The notes under the pieces are model-generated. The model ran no database searches and was not told the DNA's origin. It saw only the letters and a list, made by a program, of their open reading frames with translations. DNA of 64,000 nt from contig CBDANC010000012.1 of assembly GCA_965197425.1 (NCBI GenBank), positions 64,001 to 128,000 of the forward strand, read 5' to 3'. Of this stretch, positions 1-10,430 are shown in pieces. This stretch comes from Bdellovibrionales bacterium. Lineage in GTDB: Bacteria > Bdellovibrionota > Bdellovibrionia > Bdellovibrionales > JAUICD01. Position numbers and translations under genes: made by a program. The stretch's first letter is position 1; every line of letters begins with the position of its first letter.

Positions 1-2189
1 TTTAAGCTTTCATGTACCTCTACAGTTTTAATATCATACTCTCCAATCTCGTCTTTAATACTGGATATTTTAGAATCTATTTCACTAAGATTTTTTTCTT
101 TTTTGTTTAAAGATTCTTGTGCTAGATAAAGTTTTCCCTGCCATTCTGCTTCCAACTTTTTAAGCTCTTCTATTTCTCTTTTTCTTCTAAGTACCCCAGA
201 GTCAGCACTCTCAGGAGTTCCTGCAGTTAAAATTCCATCAGAAAGCACATCTCCATCCAAAGTAACAAATGTGTTTTCTGGATAAACTTTGTTAAGCTTA
301 ATGGCATCATCTATATTCTCTACGATAGCTACTCCATCCAAAATATTATTAATTATCTCAGAGTATTTTTTGTCTGTCTCTACAAACGAAGACAACATAC
401 CTATTATATTTTTAGGAACACTTTTCTTTTTAGTTTGGTAAGAACCTGCGAAGCTGGATCTTCCAGAGTTATTTTCTTTTAAATAGTCTATAGCTTCCAA
501 TACATCACTATGAGAAGTGGTAACCAATGTTTGAAGTTTCAAACCAAGACTTGCTTCCATAGCTAGTTCATATTTTTTATCAACCTTTACCATTTGAGCT
601 ATAGGCAACATAGAATAACTGCCATCAGGGTGCACTTGCGCTTTTTTACTCATTAAACTCTTAATACCCGCCTGAAAACCTTCGAAGTTATTGCTCATAG
701 TCTCTAAGCTATACAGTCTACTTGTAACTTCATTTAACTTACTTTTAAACTGATCAAGCTCTGAGTTTTTATGACTAATTTCACTTTTTAATTGTTTGTT
801 TTCTGAGTTGAAAAAAGACAGATTGGATTCTTCCAGCTTAGTTTTATAAAAAGCTAATTTTTCATCCAAAGATTTTATCTGAGATTCCAAGGATGTTTTT
901 TTATCTTTTAACTGATTTTTAGATAACAAAACATCGTCTATCCTCTTACTCAATTCCTCTGACCTAACCTTGGCCTCTGTTAGCTGTAAGCTAGTATCCC
1001 TTTTTTGATTTTCTAAATCAGTTACCTTTTCTTTCGAAAAGTCCACTTTACTTTTTGTGCCTGATAAAGTGGTTTTTATCTCATCATGATGAGAACTCAA
1101 TTTATCATATTCATGATTTAAAGAATCTACTTCCAAAGAGTACTCTCGATAATAACCCTCTAAATCCGAAAACTCAGATTGCAATTTTTCTTGTTTGCTA
1201 GCAAGCTCAGCTTTTTGTACATCATTTGACTCAATTATCCTATTAGTCTCTTCTATCTCCCATGTTAGTTTTTTTATCTCATCTTCCTTAGCTTTAATAG
1301 TATCACTGCTAACACCTAGATTTTGTTTAGCATCATCTATTGTTCGTTCAAGCTCTACAATTTTAAGTTTTTTAGCAGCAGTAAAGTTATTAGCTGTAGA
1401 TATTTTAGAATCTATTGCAGCAATCTCAGACTGATAATCAGCTATAGTTTTATTAATAGAATCTAACTCGTTTATAAAACCTCGATACTTATGTGAAATA
1501 ATAATTAAATCAAGATTTCTGTAAGAAGCTTTTAAGTCTTTATATTTTTTAGCTCGCTTAGCCTGCCTGTCTAGAAAATCCAACTGCCTTTTAGACTCAT
1601 TGATAATATCACCAATTCTGGTCAAATTATTCTCTGTTGCCTCAAGCTTTCTTATAGCTTCTTTTCTTCTAGCTCTAAACTTAGTAATACCAGCAGCTTC
1701 TTCTATCAAAACTCTTCTCTGCTCAGGTTTGGCTACCACAAGATTGCCAATAGTGCCTTGCTCTATTACACTCAACCCACCAGCACTTATGTCCATAAAA
1801 ATTTCTTGTATATCACGTAGCCTTACAGGTTTACCATTTGCTAAGTATTCCGATTGACCTCCACGATGAAGCCTCCTGGTAAGCTGTATTTCGGAAAAAT
1901 CTTTAAACTGAACAGGAAAACTATCCCCCTCATCCTCAAAGGTTAAACTAACCTCCGCCATTCCAGAAGGAGCAAAGCCAGAAACCCCCTTGAAGATCAT
2001 GTCATCCATCGAAGATCCTCTTAAAGTTTTTGCTGACATTTCTCCCATAACCCAGCAAAATGCATCCACAATATTGGATTTTCCACATCCATTAGGACCG
2101 ACTATACTTGTGATGTTAGAATCAAAATCAATGACAGTCCTATCACGAAAAGATTTAAATCCTACTAATTCCAGCCTCTTAATCTTCAT
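1..2189 (-). CDS. smc: Chromosome segregation protein SMC (5' part; runs off the window)
   Basis: Not in the ORF track. Manual reverse-strand translation from ATG 2189 gives MKIKRLELVGFKSFRDRTVIDFDSNITSIVGPNGCGKSNIVDAFCWVMGEMSAKTLRG (Walker A), followed by coiled-coil sequence. Confidence 0.95.
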   Translation of the reverse strand, partial: MKIKRLELVGFKSFRDRTVIDFDSNITSIVGPNGCGKSNIVDAFCWVMGEMSAKTLRGSSMDDMIFKGVSGFAPSGMAEVSLTFEDEGDSFPVQFKDFSEIQLTRRLHRGGQSEYLANGKPVRLRDIQEIFMDISAGGLSVIEQGTIGNLVVAKPEQRRVLIEEAAGITKFRARRKEAIRKLEATENNLTRIGDIINESKRQLDFLDRQAKRAKKYKDLKASYRNLDLIIISHKYRGFINELDSINKTIADYQSEIAAIDSKISTANNFTAAKKLKIVELERTIDDAKQNLGVSSDTIKAKEDEIKKLTWEIEETNRIIESNDVQKAELASKQEKLQSEFSDLEGYYREYSLEVDSLNHEYDKLSSHHDEIKTTLSGTKSKVDFSKEKVTDLENQKRDTSLQLTEAKVRSEELSKRIDDVLLSKNQLKDKKTSLESQIKSLDEKLAFYKTKLEESNLSFFNSENKQLKSEISHKNSELDQFKSKLNEVTSRLYSLETMSNNFEGFQAGIKSLMSKKAQVHPDGSYSMLPIAQMVKVDKKYELAMEASLGLKLQTLVTTSHSDVLEAIDYLKENNSGRSSFAGSYQTKKKSVPKNIIGMLSSFVETDKKYSEIINNILDGVAIVENIDDAIKLNKVYPENTFVTLDGDVLSDGILTAGTPESADSGVLRRKREIEELKKLEAEWQGKLYLAQESLNKKEKNLSEIDSKISSIKDEIGEYDIKTVEVHESL

Positions 2190-2190
2190 A

Positions 2191-2333
2191 AAGGTCTTCC
2201 TAGCGAGGTCAATAAGGTGGGTTGGCGAAACGATTGCACTTTAGTGCAAGTGAAGCCAAAACATCTTTCAATAAAGGTGGGCGCCTGTTTCACCGAGTGG
2301 TTGCCCAGCTCCACACGTGTCATCAAACTCATC
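2191..2333. repeat. Family-1 mosaic repeat, locus A
   Basis: Begins AAGGTCTTCC. Its tail GCCTGTTTCACCGAGTGGTTGCCCAGCTC...GTCATCAAACTCATC is shared with 57644-57694. Confidence 0.9.
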
Positions 2334-2374
2334 ACAACAACAATTATTATATCCAAACAAATGACACTCAAGTG

Positions 2375-3643
2375 TTATTTTAACATTTTAGAGATCTGGG
2401 TAGCTGGAACTCGATCCTGCGTCATAGTATCTCTGTTTCTCACAGTGACCATCTTATCATTCAAGGTGTCAAAGTCTACCGTAACACAAAATGGTGTACC
2501 AATTTCATCCTGCCTTCTATATCTTTTACCTATACTGCCCGTATCATCATACTGAGTAGAAAAACTTTCAGACAATTCTTTATAAATATTTTGTGCTACT
2601 TCTATAAGCCCTGGTTTTTTCGAAAGTGGAAGTACCGCAACTTTTATCGGAGCAATGTCAAATGGAAACTTCATAACCACTCGAATATCGTCTGATAATT
2701 TCTCTTCGAAATAAGCGCTACATAAAATAGCCAAGACCAGTCTGTCACACCCAACCGATGTCTCCACAACATAGGGAACAAATTTAGTATCTTGATCTTT
2801 AAAATAACTGAAACTTTTTTTAGAAAACTCCTGGTGCTTTTTCAAATCATAGTCAGTTCTATTATGTATTCCCTCTAGCTCATGCCACCCAAATGGAAAT
2901 TTATATTCTATGTCACCTGCACTTTTTGCATAGTGTGCCAACTCATCTGGGCTATGTTCTTTAAATCTCAGCTCAAGCCCTAAAGCTTTATAAAAATCCA
3001 TTCTTATATTTTTCCAGTTTTCGAAAGATTTCTCATCGTTTCCAGGCTCTACAAAATATTGCATCTCCATTTGCTCAAACTCACGAGTTCTGAAAATAAA
3101 ATTCTCTGGTGTAATTTCATTTCTAAATGCTTTTCCTATCTGTGCAATTCCAAATGGTACTTTTAGCCTCATAGTTGTTCTGACATTTTCAAAATTAACA
3201 TATATACCCTGAGCAGTCTCAGGCCTTAAATAAATCTCCTGCTCCTCCAGAGGGCCCATAAATGTTCTAAACATTAAATTGAAATCACGCGGCTCGGTCA
3301 AATCCGAACTACCACAAGTAGGACACTTTTTATGATCTGACATATTATCTAATCTGTGCCTGGCCTTGCACCCCTTACACTGAACAAGTGGATCTGAAAA
3401 TCCATCAATGTGCCCTGAAGCCTTCCAAACAGTAGGATGCATCAATATTGCGGAATCTAAACCTACAATATCTATCCTGCTGGTCATAGAATCCCACCAA
3501 AGCTTTTTTACATTGTTTTTTAAATAAACTCCAATAGGACCATAATCATAACAAGCATTGATACCACCATAGACTTCTGAACTCTGGAAAACAAAACCTC
3601 TCCTTTTACACAGTGATATCAATGTCTTCATATTATCCAGCAT
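2375..3643 (-). CDS. glyQS: Glycine--tRNA ligase, homodimeric (alpha2) type
   Basis: [51 protein letters not shown]. Confidence 0.95.
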   Translation of the reverse strand: MLDNMKTLISLCKRRGFVFQSSEVYGGINACYDYGPIGVYLKNNVKKLWWDSMTSRIDIVGLDSAILMHPTVWKASGHIDGFSDPLVQCKGCKARHRLDNMSDHKKCPTCGSSDLTEPRDFNLMFRTFMGPLEEQEIYLRPETAQGIYVNFENVRTTMRLKVPFGIAQIGKAFRNEITPENFIFRTREFEQMEMQYFVEPGNDEKSFENWKNIRMDFYKALGLELRFKEHSPDELAHYAKSAGDIEYKFPFGWHELEGIHNRTDYDLKKHQEFSKKSFSYFKDQDTKFVPYVVETSVGCDRLVLAILCSAYFEEKLSDDIRVVMKFPFDIAPIKVAVLPLSKKPGLIEVAQNIYKELSESFSTQYDDTGSIGKRYRRQDEIGTPFCVTVDFDTLNDKMVTVRNRDTMTQDRVPATQISKMLK

Positions 3644-3736
3644 GTAACTATCTAATCCGTATAATCTCTATATTTCAAGATTTTTATAAAACGAAATATA
3701 CCCTTTATATCCTAGATGAGATAAAACACTTGGTGT

Positions 3737-4468
3737 ATGGATACAAAAAAAATTATTTTAGTAGCTTCAGGCAAAGGGGGAGTAGGCAAAAGCACAGTCG
3801 CTAGTTTACTTTCTGTAGCACTTTCTAAAAAAAATAAGAAGGTAGGCCTAATTGACTGCGACATACACGGCCCTAGTATACCCAGAATGTTTGGCAAAAT
3901 TAATAGTAGAATAACAGTAAAAGATAACAAAATGCTTCCCTTAGAACAATATGGCGTAAAGTTAATGAGTATAGGATTTTTGGTGGAAGAAACTAGCGCT
4001 GTGATATGGCGAGGACCTATGCTATTTAAAGCAGTAAGTCAGTTTTTTGATGATATATTATGGGGTAACCTGGATTATCTAATAGTCGATCTACCACCCG
4101 GAACAGGCGACATACAACTTACCATAGCACAAAAGTTCAAAGTATCAGGTGCAATAATAGTAACCACACCTCAAAACATTGCATTATCTGATGTAATTAA
4201 ATCAATAGACATGTTCAATACAGTAAAAATCCCTATCCTAGGTGTCGTAGAAAATATGTCCTATTTTCTATCAGATGAAAATAAAAAGTTAGAGCTATTT
4301 CCAAAAGGAAGTTTGAACAAATACCTACAAGAAAAGAATATCCATATTATTTCGCAAATACCATTCCTAAAAGCCATTGCACAAGGATCTGAAGTGGGTA
4401 TCCCCTACACACAATCCAAATCACTAGACTCGTTTGATGAAATTATAAAAACTATAGACAAAGTTTAG
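3737..4468 (+). CDS. mrp: Mrp/NBP35 (ApbC-like) P-loop ATPase
   Basis: SGKGGVGKST, DIHGPSIP, IWRGPM, DLPPGTGD, ENMS. Confidence 0.9.
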   Translation: MDTKKIILVASGKGGVGKSTVASLLSVALSKKNKKVGLIDCDIHGPSIPRMFGKINSRITVKDNKMLPLEQYGVKLMSIGFLVEETSAVIWRGPMLFKAVSQFFDDILWGNLDYLIVDLPPGTGDIQLTIAQKFKVSGAIIVTTPQNIALSDVIKSIDMFNTVKIPILGVVENMSYFLSDENKKLELFPKGSLNKYLQEKNIHIISQIPFLKAIAQGSEVGIPYTQSKSLDSFDEIIKTIDKV

Positions 4469-4473
4469 GCTTT

Positions 4474-4683
4474 GCCAGGTTGCCTGAATACCGAGCTACC
4501 TAAAATCTCTCAGGAACCACGCTATAAACAAAGTTTGTTTTCTATCTCTAAGGTATCGACAAAACAAAAAATTCTCGGGGGCCGGTTCTCTGCACAACTC
4601 TGATACTGAAAACACCTTTGGCTACATTTGGACTTCGTCTAAGCATTTCGCCAAGGCATTTTCAGCATCAGCGAAGGGCCTTT
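4474..4683. repeat. Degenerate mosaic repeat, locus B
   Basis: GCCAGGTTGCCTGAATACC nearly matches 39776-39794. The CTGAAA...CATTTCGCCA..GGCA..TTTCAG hairpin module is shared with 23630-23700. Confidence 0.75.
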
Positions 4684-5956
4684 AATTTGGGATTACAATT
4701 TTTCTTCCAACTAAAATTTTAGCGCTCTTATTTAAAGTGTTAGCTTTGTACAGTTGAGATAATGAAACCTTATATCTTCTAGCAATATGGCTCAGGGTAT
4801 CACCTCTTCTTACAATATGTATCTTTTTGCCACCAGCAGAAGAACCTCTGTAAACTCGCAGTTTTTGACCAGCTTTTATAAAGCCTCTTCTGTTTAGATT
4901 GTTCAAGTTTCTAAGCTCAGACACTTTAGTACCAAACTTAAGAGCTATACCAGATAAAGTATCACCCCTTCTTACCACATAAAGATCGTGTGATCTGGCA
5001 TAAACTTTTTTACTAACATGGCTTTTATCTAAAACTGCAGCAACCTTACTTCTAGTATCAACAGGAACCTTCATATACTGATCATTCCTAGAGAAAGGCA
5101 CATAATCTCTAAGAATACTAGGGTTAAGAGTTTTCAGGGTTTTTAGAGAAATTCCAGAGTGTTTAGCAAGCTTACTTAGACTAATTGATTTTTTTAAATC
5201 CAGTTTTTCATATTGCAAAGGTGGTTCATCCTCTATGTTATAAAAACCATAGCTAGAAGGATTCTTAGCTATTAATCTGGCCGCAAGATACTTAGGAACA
5301 TAGTTCATGGTTTCTCTAGGAAGCTGTTTGTTTTCTACCAAATCCCAAAAATTACGAGTATGATTTCTCATAACCACACGCTTAATCTTATTTTCACCAG
5401 CATTATAAGCAGCCATACTCAAATACCAATCACCAAACAAACTATATAGACTTTTAAAATAATTAGCAGCAGCTATCGTAGCTAACTCAGGATCTCTTCT
5501 CTCATCAACATATACATTGACTTTCAAACCATAAGCACGCCCCGTGCCTCTGACAAACTGCCAATACCCAACAGCAGAAGCTCTACTTCTAGCTTTACTA
5601 CTAAACCCAGATTCTATAAATACAACATAAATAAGATCCTCAGGCAAATTATGCTCTTTCAAAATAGACTTCATCAAACGGGAGTATTTAGGATATCTGG
5701 CCAAGTACATGTTCATGTACTCTCTGCCATCCCCCTGGAAATAATTTAGCCACTTCTGAACCAACTCATTCATATAGTCAGGCACAGGGGTAGAAAACGG
5801 CTCTGAATAATGAGGGCCCCTTAGTTTACTAAAATTACTTTTAGCTACAGCAACAGTACGATCATTAGAAGTAGTTAAACCCCTCTCGTAAATAGAAGCA
5901 CATCCCGTTAAGAACAAAACAATCGGTAAAATTAAAACTCTCATCTGTATCCCCAT
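4682..5956 (-). CDS. mltD: MltD-like lytic transglycosylase with two LysM domains, lipoprotein
   Basis: Lipobox FLTGC; IESGF, SAVGYWQF, AAYNAGE, LPRETMNYVPK; two VRRGDTLS LysM repeats. Confidence 0.88.
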   Translation of the reverse strand: MGIQMRVLILPIVLFLTGCASIYERGLTTSNDRTVAVAKSNFSKLRGPHYSEPFSTPVPDYMNELVQKWLNYFQGDGREYMNMYLARYPKYSRLMKSILKEHNLPEDLIYVVFIESGFSSKARSRASAVGYWQFVRGTGRAYGLKVNVYVDERRDPELATIAAANYFKSLYSLFGDWYLSMAAYNAGENKIKRVVMRNHTRNFWDLVENKQLPRETMNYVPKYLAARLIAKNPSSYGFYNIEDEPPLQYEKLDLKKSISLSKLAKHSGISLKTLKTLNPSILRDYVPFSRNDQYMKVPVDTRSKVAAVLDKSHVSKKVYARSHDLYVVRRGDTLSGIALKFGTKVSELRNLNNLNRRGFIKAGQKLRVYRGSSAGGKKIHIVRRGDTLSHIARRYKVSLSQLYKANTLNKSAKILVGRKIVIPN

Positions 5957-5988
5957 CCCATTAAGAACAATTGTATCAAAGCTTAAGG

Positions 5989-8256
5989 CTACCAGAAAGG
6001 TTTTTTCATATCAACAACCTGATTATCCAATACCCTATACATCAAAATTGTTCTAAGAATTGCTTTGACATAAAACCTCGTTTCTGCATATGGCAGGTCC
6101 TCAATCCAAAGCTCATCAATATACTCTACGGAAGATTTCAATTTAATTTTATAGGCCAAAAGCCAAGCACGGTATCTACCTATGCCAGCATTATAGGCCG
6201 CCAATGCCTGGGGCAAATGGTTATCAAAAGCCTTCAACATACGATTAATATAGCCCATGCCCAACATAATATTCTGGCCAAAATCATCCCTATTTAAATC
6301 CACCTTAGCCAAACTAGCGGTTTCCTTCAAAGTACCAGGAGTCAGCTGCATAAGACCAAATGCTCCGGCAGGACTTATAGCATCTACCTTAAATAAACTC
6401 TCCTGCCTAATAATACTAAGCGGAATTTCATAGCTAAAAGGATACTTGAACTTTTCTATATTACTCTTTATTATACCTACAAATTCATAAGGATAAGTAA
6501 ACTTAATAAAACTACTGTTAACCAAAGATTTATCCAACTCCCAGGCCCTTTGTATAAGCTTGGTAGCTTTAAGAAAATCTCCGGCTATATACCAATATTT
6601 TGCTTTCAAAGCCATAATAGTAGGATTTTCAAAGTCAGATAGAGATTCTATTTCCAAACCAGCTTCATCAAACCAACCCACATTTAGCAAATATTGAAGC
6701 CTTTCAAAAGCTTGTGTTTCTGCACTGGTATATAACAGCTTTAGTGTAGCATCAGGCTTATTTGAAATAAAATTAGCAAGCTTGCCATCATTGTAATGAG
6801 CTCTTACCTTCATTGAATAATATGTCAAAGGGTACTCTTCCAAAATTTGTTTGGAAATCTCAGAAGCCTTCTCTTTGCCCTTTTGTTTTATCAAACTTAC
6901 CCACAACCAATACATGGTACCTAGCTTTAAGTCCTCATCATCCTTTAAAAGAAGTTTTTCAAAAATGCCCGCTGCACCAGAAAAATCTTTAAGTTTAATG
7001 TGAATTAAACCCAATCTAAACAGGGACTCTGAAACAAATTCGGAGCCAGAGTATTGATTAATTAATTTTATATATACAGACTTTGCAAAATTAGTGTCAT
7101 TCACCGTATAAGCAGCCCTAGCTGTTTGAAACAAGAAATCATCATAAAAAAATCCAGGAATGTTTTTTTCAAAGGAAGTTTTTAATAAATTATAAGCTTC
7201 ATCATAAACTTGGGACCAATATAATTTGCTGGAAAGATCTAATATAAAGTCCTTAGATACTAGATTAATATTATCAGTAACTAGTAAATTAGCCTGCTTT
7301 TTTGTTAAATTAAGTTTGCTTCTTTTAAATAATCTAACATATATATCTACGGCATTTTTGCTAGCCCATGTAAGATGAATGCTACCTGGATAACTTTCTA
7401 AAAGTAAAAAATAATTTTTTAAAAAATCTAAAACATTACTTTTTCCGTTAGATAGTTTGTCAACAAGCTTTTGTTCTTCTTTTGACAGAAAAGTATTACT
7501 TGTATCTACTAACTGTTCTGGTTTTTTTGGGTAAATCAATCTGTCTTGCTCACCTAAAAAATTTTTATTTTGTAAAGATTCAAGCTTCGATAGAACCTCA
7601 TCATTATCTTTAATACTAAGACTTCTATGTAAATAAGCTACAGATGAGTTTAAATCCTGAGAAGTTAAATCACTAACCATAGAATATATCTGCGATTGAA
7701 ACTTAGGGCTATTCTCCCAATAATTTTTATTGTCAAAAAGTTTATCTAAAACATTGTATGCTAGCTTATGTTTTGTTTTAGTATATAAATCTAAAAGTTC
7801 AATGTGAGCATCTGTCCAAGAAAGTTTAAGGGGTTTTGAATAGGTGCCTGCATTTAGGTGCCTGGCACGGATGCTATCTAATACTTGCGTAAACCAAGAA
7901 ATATCAGGATTTCCTTGTTTTAACAAAGATCGTTTATCTTTTTTTATTATTTTAAGCGCACATTTAAGTTGTTTGTTTAAAATCCAAGGTTTAATGAAAG
8001 TGGCTTCATTTGGGTGATTTTTTAATAAATTAGAAATCAGTCCAAGGCAACTTGCGTAGTCACCTTTTCTAAAAACCCTCTCCGTCATAAAGAGGGTTTT
8101 GTTAATACCATCCATATTTTTATAGCGCTCTACTACACTATTTTCATCCCACCATCGTAATAAATTACCCTCTACCTTGGAGGTAAGATGGACAGGGGTA
8201 AGCTCAGCAAAAGCTGAACCTATTAATAAAACAAAAAGTATTGACACAAAAAACAC
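5989..8256 (-). CDS. Slt-family lytic transglycosylase with helical/TPR-like N-terminal region
   Basis: C-terminal IRQES, SPAGAFGLMQL, AAYNAG, IEDLPYAETRFYVKAI. Confidence 0.85.
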   Translation of the reverse strand: MFFVSILFVLLIGSAFAELTPVHLTSKVEGNLLRWWDENSVVERYKNMDGINKTLFMTERVFRKGDYASCLGLISNLLKNHPNEATFIKPWILNKQLKCALKIIKKDKRSLLKQGNPDISWFTQVLDSIRARHLNAGTYSKPLKLSWTDAHIELLDLYTKTKHKLAYNVLDKLFDNKNYWENSPKFQSQIYSMVSDLTSQDLNSSVAYLHRSLSIKDNDEVLSKLESLQNKNFLGEQDRLIYPKKPEQLVDTSNTFLSKEEQKLVDKLSNGKSNVLDFLKNYFLLLESYPGSIHLTWASKNAVDIYVRLFKRSKLNLTKKQANLLVTDNINLVSKDFILDLSSKLYWSQVYDEAYNLLKTSFEKNIPGFFYDDFLFQTARAAYTVNDTNFAKSVYIKLINQYSGSEFVSESLFRLGLIHIKLKDFSGAAGIFEKLLLKDDEDLKLGTMYWLWVSLIKQKGKEKASEISKQILEEYPLTYYSMKVRAHYNDGKLANFISNKPDATLKLLYTSAETQAFERLQYLLNVGWFDEAGLEIESLSDFENPTIMALKAKYWYIAGDFLKATKLIQRAWELDKSLVNSSFIKFTYPYEFVGIIKSNIEKFKYPFSYEIPLSIIRQESLFKVDAISPAGAFGLMQLTPGTLKETASLAKVDLNRDDFGQNIMLGMGYINRMLKAFDNHLPQALAAYNAGIGRYRAWLLAYKIKLKSSVEYIDELWIEDLPYAETRFYVKAILRTILMYRVLDNQVVDMKKPFW

Positions 8257-8269
8257 CTAAAAGTAAATT
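8241..8269 (+). promoter_or_regulatory. Putative sigma70 promoter for the glycosyltransferase
   Basis: TTGACA-17 nt-TAAATT about 75 nt upstream of ATG 8343. Confidence 0.4.
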
Positions 8270-8342
8270 TTTATCCTTTATCAACTTCACATAATAACAA
8301 GAAGTTTATTTTTTTAAAAGGTTAAACACAGGCAAGCTTAAA

Positions 8343-9062
8343 ATGATATCATTGGTAATACCAGCATATAACGAAGAAAAAAGGCTTCCTAAATCAATAC
8401 AAGATTTTAAAAGTTTTTTTGCAAAATTAAATCTAGAAATAGAAATTATTATTATTATAGAAAAATCAAAAGATAACACTGTACAAATAGCAAAAAAACT
8501 TACCAATAATTGTAAGATGTTCAAAATCATAGCAAACGATGTACAGCTAGGACCTGGATATGCGATTAAAATGGGGGTAGATGCTGCCCAAGGTGAGTAT
8601 ATATTTGTAACCGATGCAGATATCCCTATCCCTCTTACTTATGTCTTAAAATTTTTGGAACATCTAAACTCAAACAAGGATATTGACATACTATTAGGTA
8701 ACAGGGCAATGGGCAAAACCAATACCAAAAACCCTTTTATAAGAAAGTGTGCAAGTAAAGTATTTAATATTTTGGTAAGAAATATAACTGGAATTACGGC
8801 GACTGATACTCAGTGTGCATTCAAAGCTTTTAGAAATAAAGCAGCTAAGAAAATTTTTGCACACATCAGATCCCATAATGCAGCGTTTTGTGTAGAAGCT
8901 TTAATGCTGGCTAAAAAATTTAACCTTAAATACGAAGAAGCGCCGGTTACATGGACACATAGTGGAGGTGGGTACATAAACCACATAAATATAATTTACC
9001 ACTCGACATCTATATTTACCTCAGTGATTAAGTCTTTTTTTAGGGTAAAGCTTTTAAAGTGA
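8343..9062 (+). CDS. GT2 glycosyltransferase (dolichyl-phosphate glucosyltransferase-like)
   Basis: ISLVIPAYNEEKRL, TDAD, DTQCAFKAF. Confidence 0.85.
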   Translation: MISLVIPAYNEEKRLPKSIQDFKSFFAKLNLEIEIIIIIEKSKDNTVQIAKKLTNNCKMFKIIANDVQLGPGYAIKMGVDAAQGEYIFVTDADIPIPLTYVLKFLEHLNSNKDIDILLGNRAMGKTNTKNPFIRKCASKVFNILVRNITGITATDTQCAFKAFRNKAAKKIFAHIRSHNAAFCVEALMLAKKFNLKYEEAPVTWTHSGGGYINHINIIYHSTSIFTSVIKSFFRVKLLK

Positions 9063-10277
9063 TTTACAGATATCAGGAGAGTCTGGGTTTAAAACTGGAT
9101 CTCCACAAGTATCCTCGCACATCCAGCATTGTGACTTGGGTTTATCTGCTAACTTTTGGTTGCAAGTCCTAGCAGGCCTATAGCATGTAGTTGTTCCACA
9201 AAATGTTTTTTGAGCAGCAACACAGGTTGGCATTGCTGTGCTTGGGTAGCTTTTGGCATCACCTACAGATCCATTGTCTATGCCACAGGTGATTGTTTTA
9301 TTTGTAGGAAAGCCACAGACCGTTTTACATTCTGTGCAACTGTTCTCACTTCTCCTCTGTTCGCAAGTAAGACCTCCACCACCGTAACAAGTGACACCAC
9401 AAAGTGTTTTTTGTGATGTAGGGCAAGTTGGTTTGTTTGATTCATCATATTTGTACTGATACATAGCACCACTGCCACAAGTAATTGAGACAGCCCTAGG
9501 CTCCTCTGTGCAGCTATTAGGATCATCACAAACTTTACAAGTATCCCCAACCTTCTTTGCTTCGCAAGTTGTAGCCCCATTACAAACTCCGTTGTTACAT
9601 ATGTTACAATCACCGCTACAAGAGATGTTGTGATCTTCACATTGTTTAGTAGTGGTATTACAAACCTGACAACCTAGGCATGTTGGGCATTCGGTGTTCT
9701 TACAAACACCACCTACACAGCTCTGAGCAGGAGGACAAGTTCGATCCCTCGGCATTTCAGTTAAACTATTAGGATTATCACATACTTTACAACTATCCCC
9801 ACCTCTTTTTGTATCACAAGTTACACCTTCAGTATTGTCTGTGGTAGTGGTTGTTTCAGTTGTTTCGGTTACACATCTTTCTATAGATACATTGTGATCG
9901 TCTATCTGTTCTTTTTCATCAATTAATTGAAATGTTCTGATGGAAAGTTCATAAAAATCATTAGTTAGGTTAGTAAATACAATATTATCTACTGAGATTA
10001 AGGTGTTTGCACCATCATTATCTAGTGCAATTTCATCACAACTCAAAAAATCTGTATCTATTATAGGTTCAATTCTTTTGCACTTAAGCAAAATATTATC
10101 AACAGCTACAGGATCAATTTTGAGTGTAACAGTATTATCATCACCTATACATTTGGGTGTAAATTCAAATAATGAGAAAGAAGATGGATCTCTGCTAAAT
10201 TGTTGGGTATTGCAGTTTCGATAGCCAAATAAAATTGAGGCAAGTAAAGCACACAATAAAACTATAGACCTGAGCAT
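9054..10277 (-). CDS. Cys-rich exported protein, (Y/F)xNC putative lipoprotein family
   Basis: Start chosen at ATG 10277 (MLRSIVLL...FGYRNC), downstream of AAGGGA. Paralogous to 19536-19949 and 19994-20962; Cys-rich C-terminal half. Confidence 0.75.
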   Translation of the reverse strand: MLRSIVLLCALLASILFGYRNCNTQQFSRDPSSFSLFEFTPKCIGDDNTVTLKIDPVAVDNILLKCKRIEPIIDTDFLSCDEIALDNDGANTLISVDNIVFTNLTNDFYELSIRTFQLIDEKEQIDDHNVSIERCVTETTETTTTTDNTEGVTCDTKRGGDSCKVCDNPNSLTEMPRDRTCPPAQSCVGGVCKNTECPTCLGCQVCNTTTKQCEDHNISCSGDCNICNNGVCNGATTCEAKKVGDTCKVCDDPNSCTEEPRAVSITCGSGAMYQYKYDESNKPTCPTSQKTLCGVTCYGGGGLTCEQRRSENSCTECKTVCGFPTNKTITCGIDNGSVGDAKSYPSTAMPTCVAAQKTFCGTTTCYRPARTCNQKLADKPKSQCWMCEDTCGDPVLNPDSPDICKSL

Positions 10278-10430
10278 ATTATCCCTTCGTGAAATATCAA
10301 GTGAAATACTAAGCGCAACACTAACACCCAACAGAGACCATTACAAGTATCAACAACCAGGCACTGTTCTCACATCGAGGCACTTTTAGCACATGAGACT
10401 TTCCTTATCTGATTTAAAGAAATTACATTA

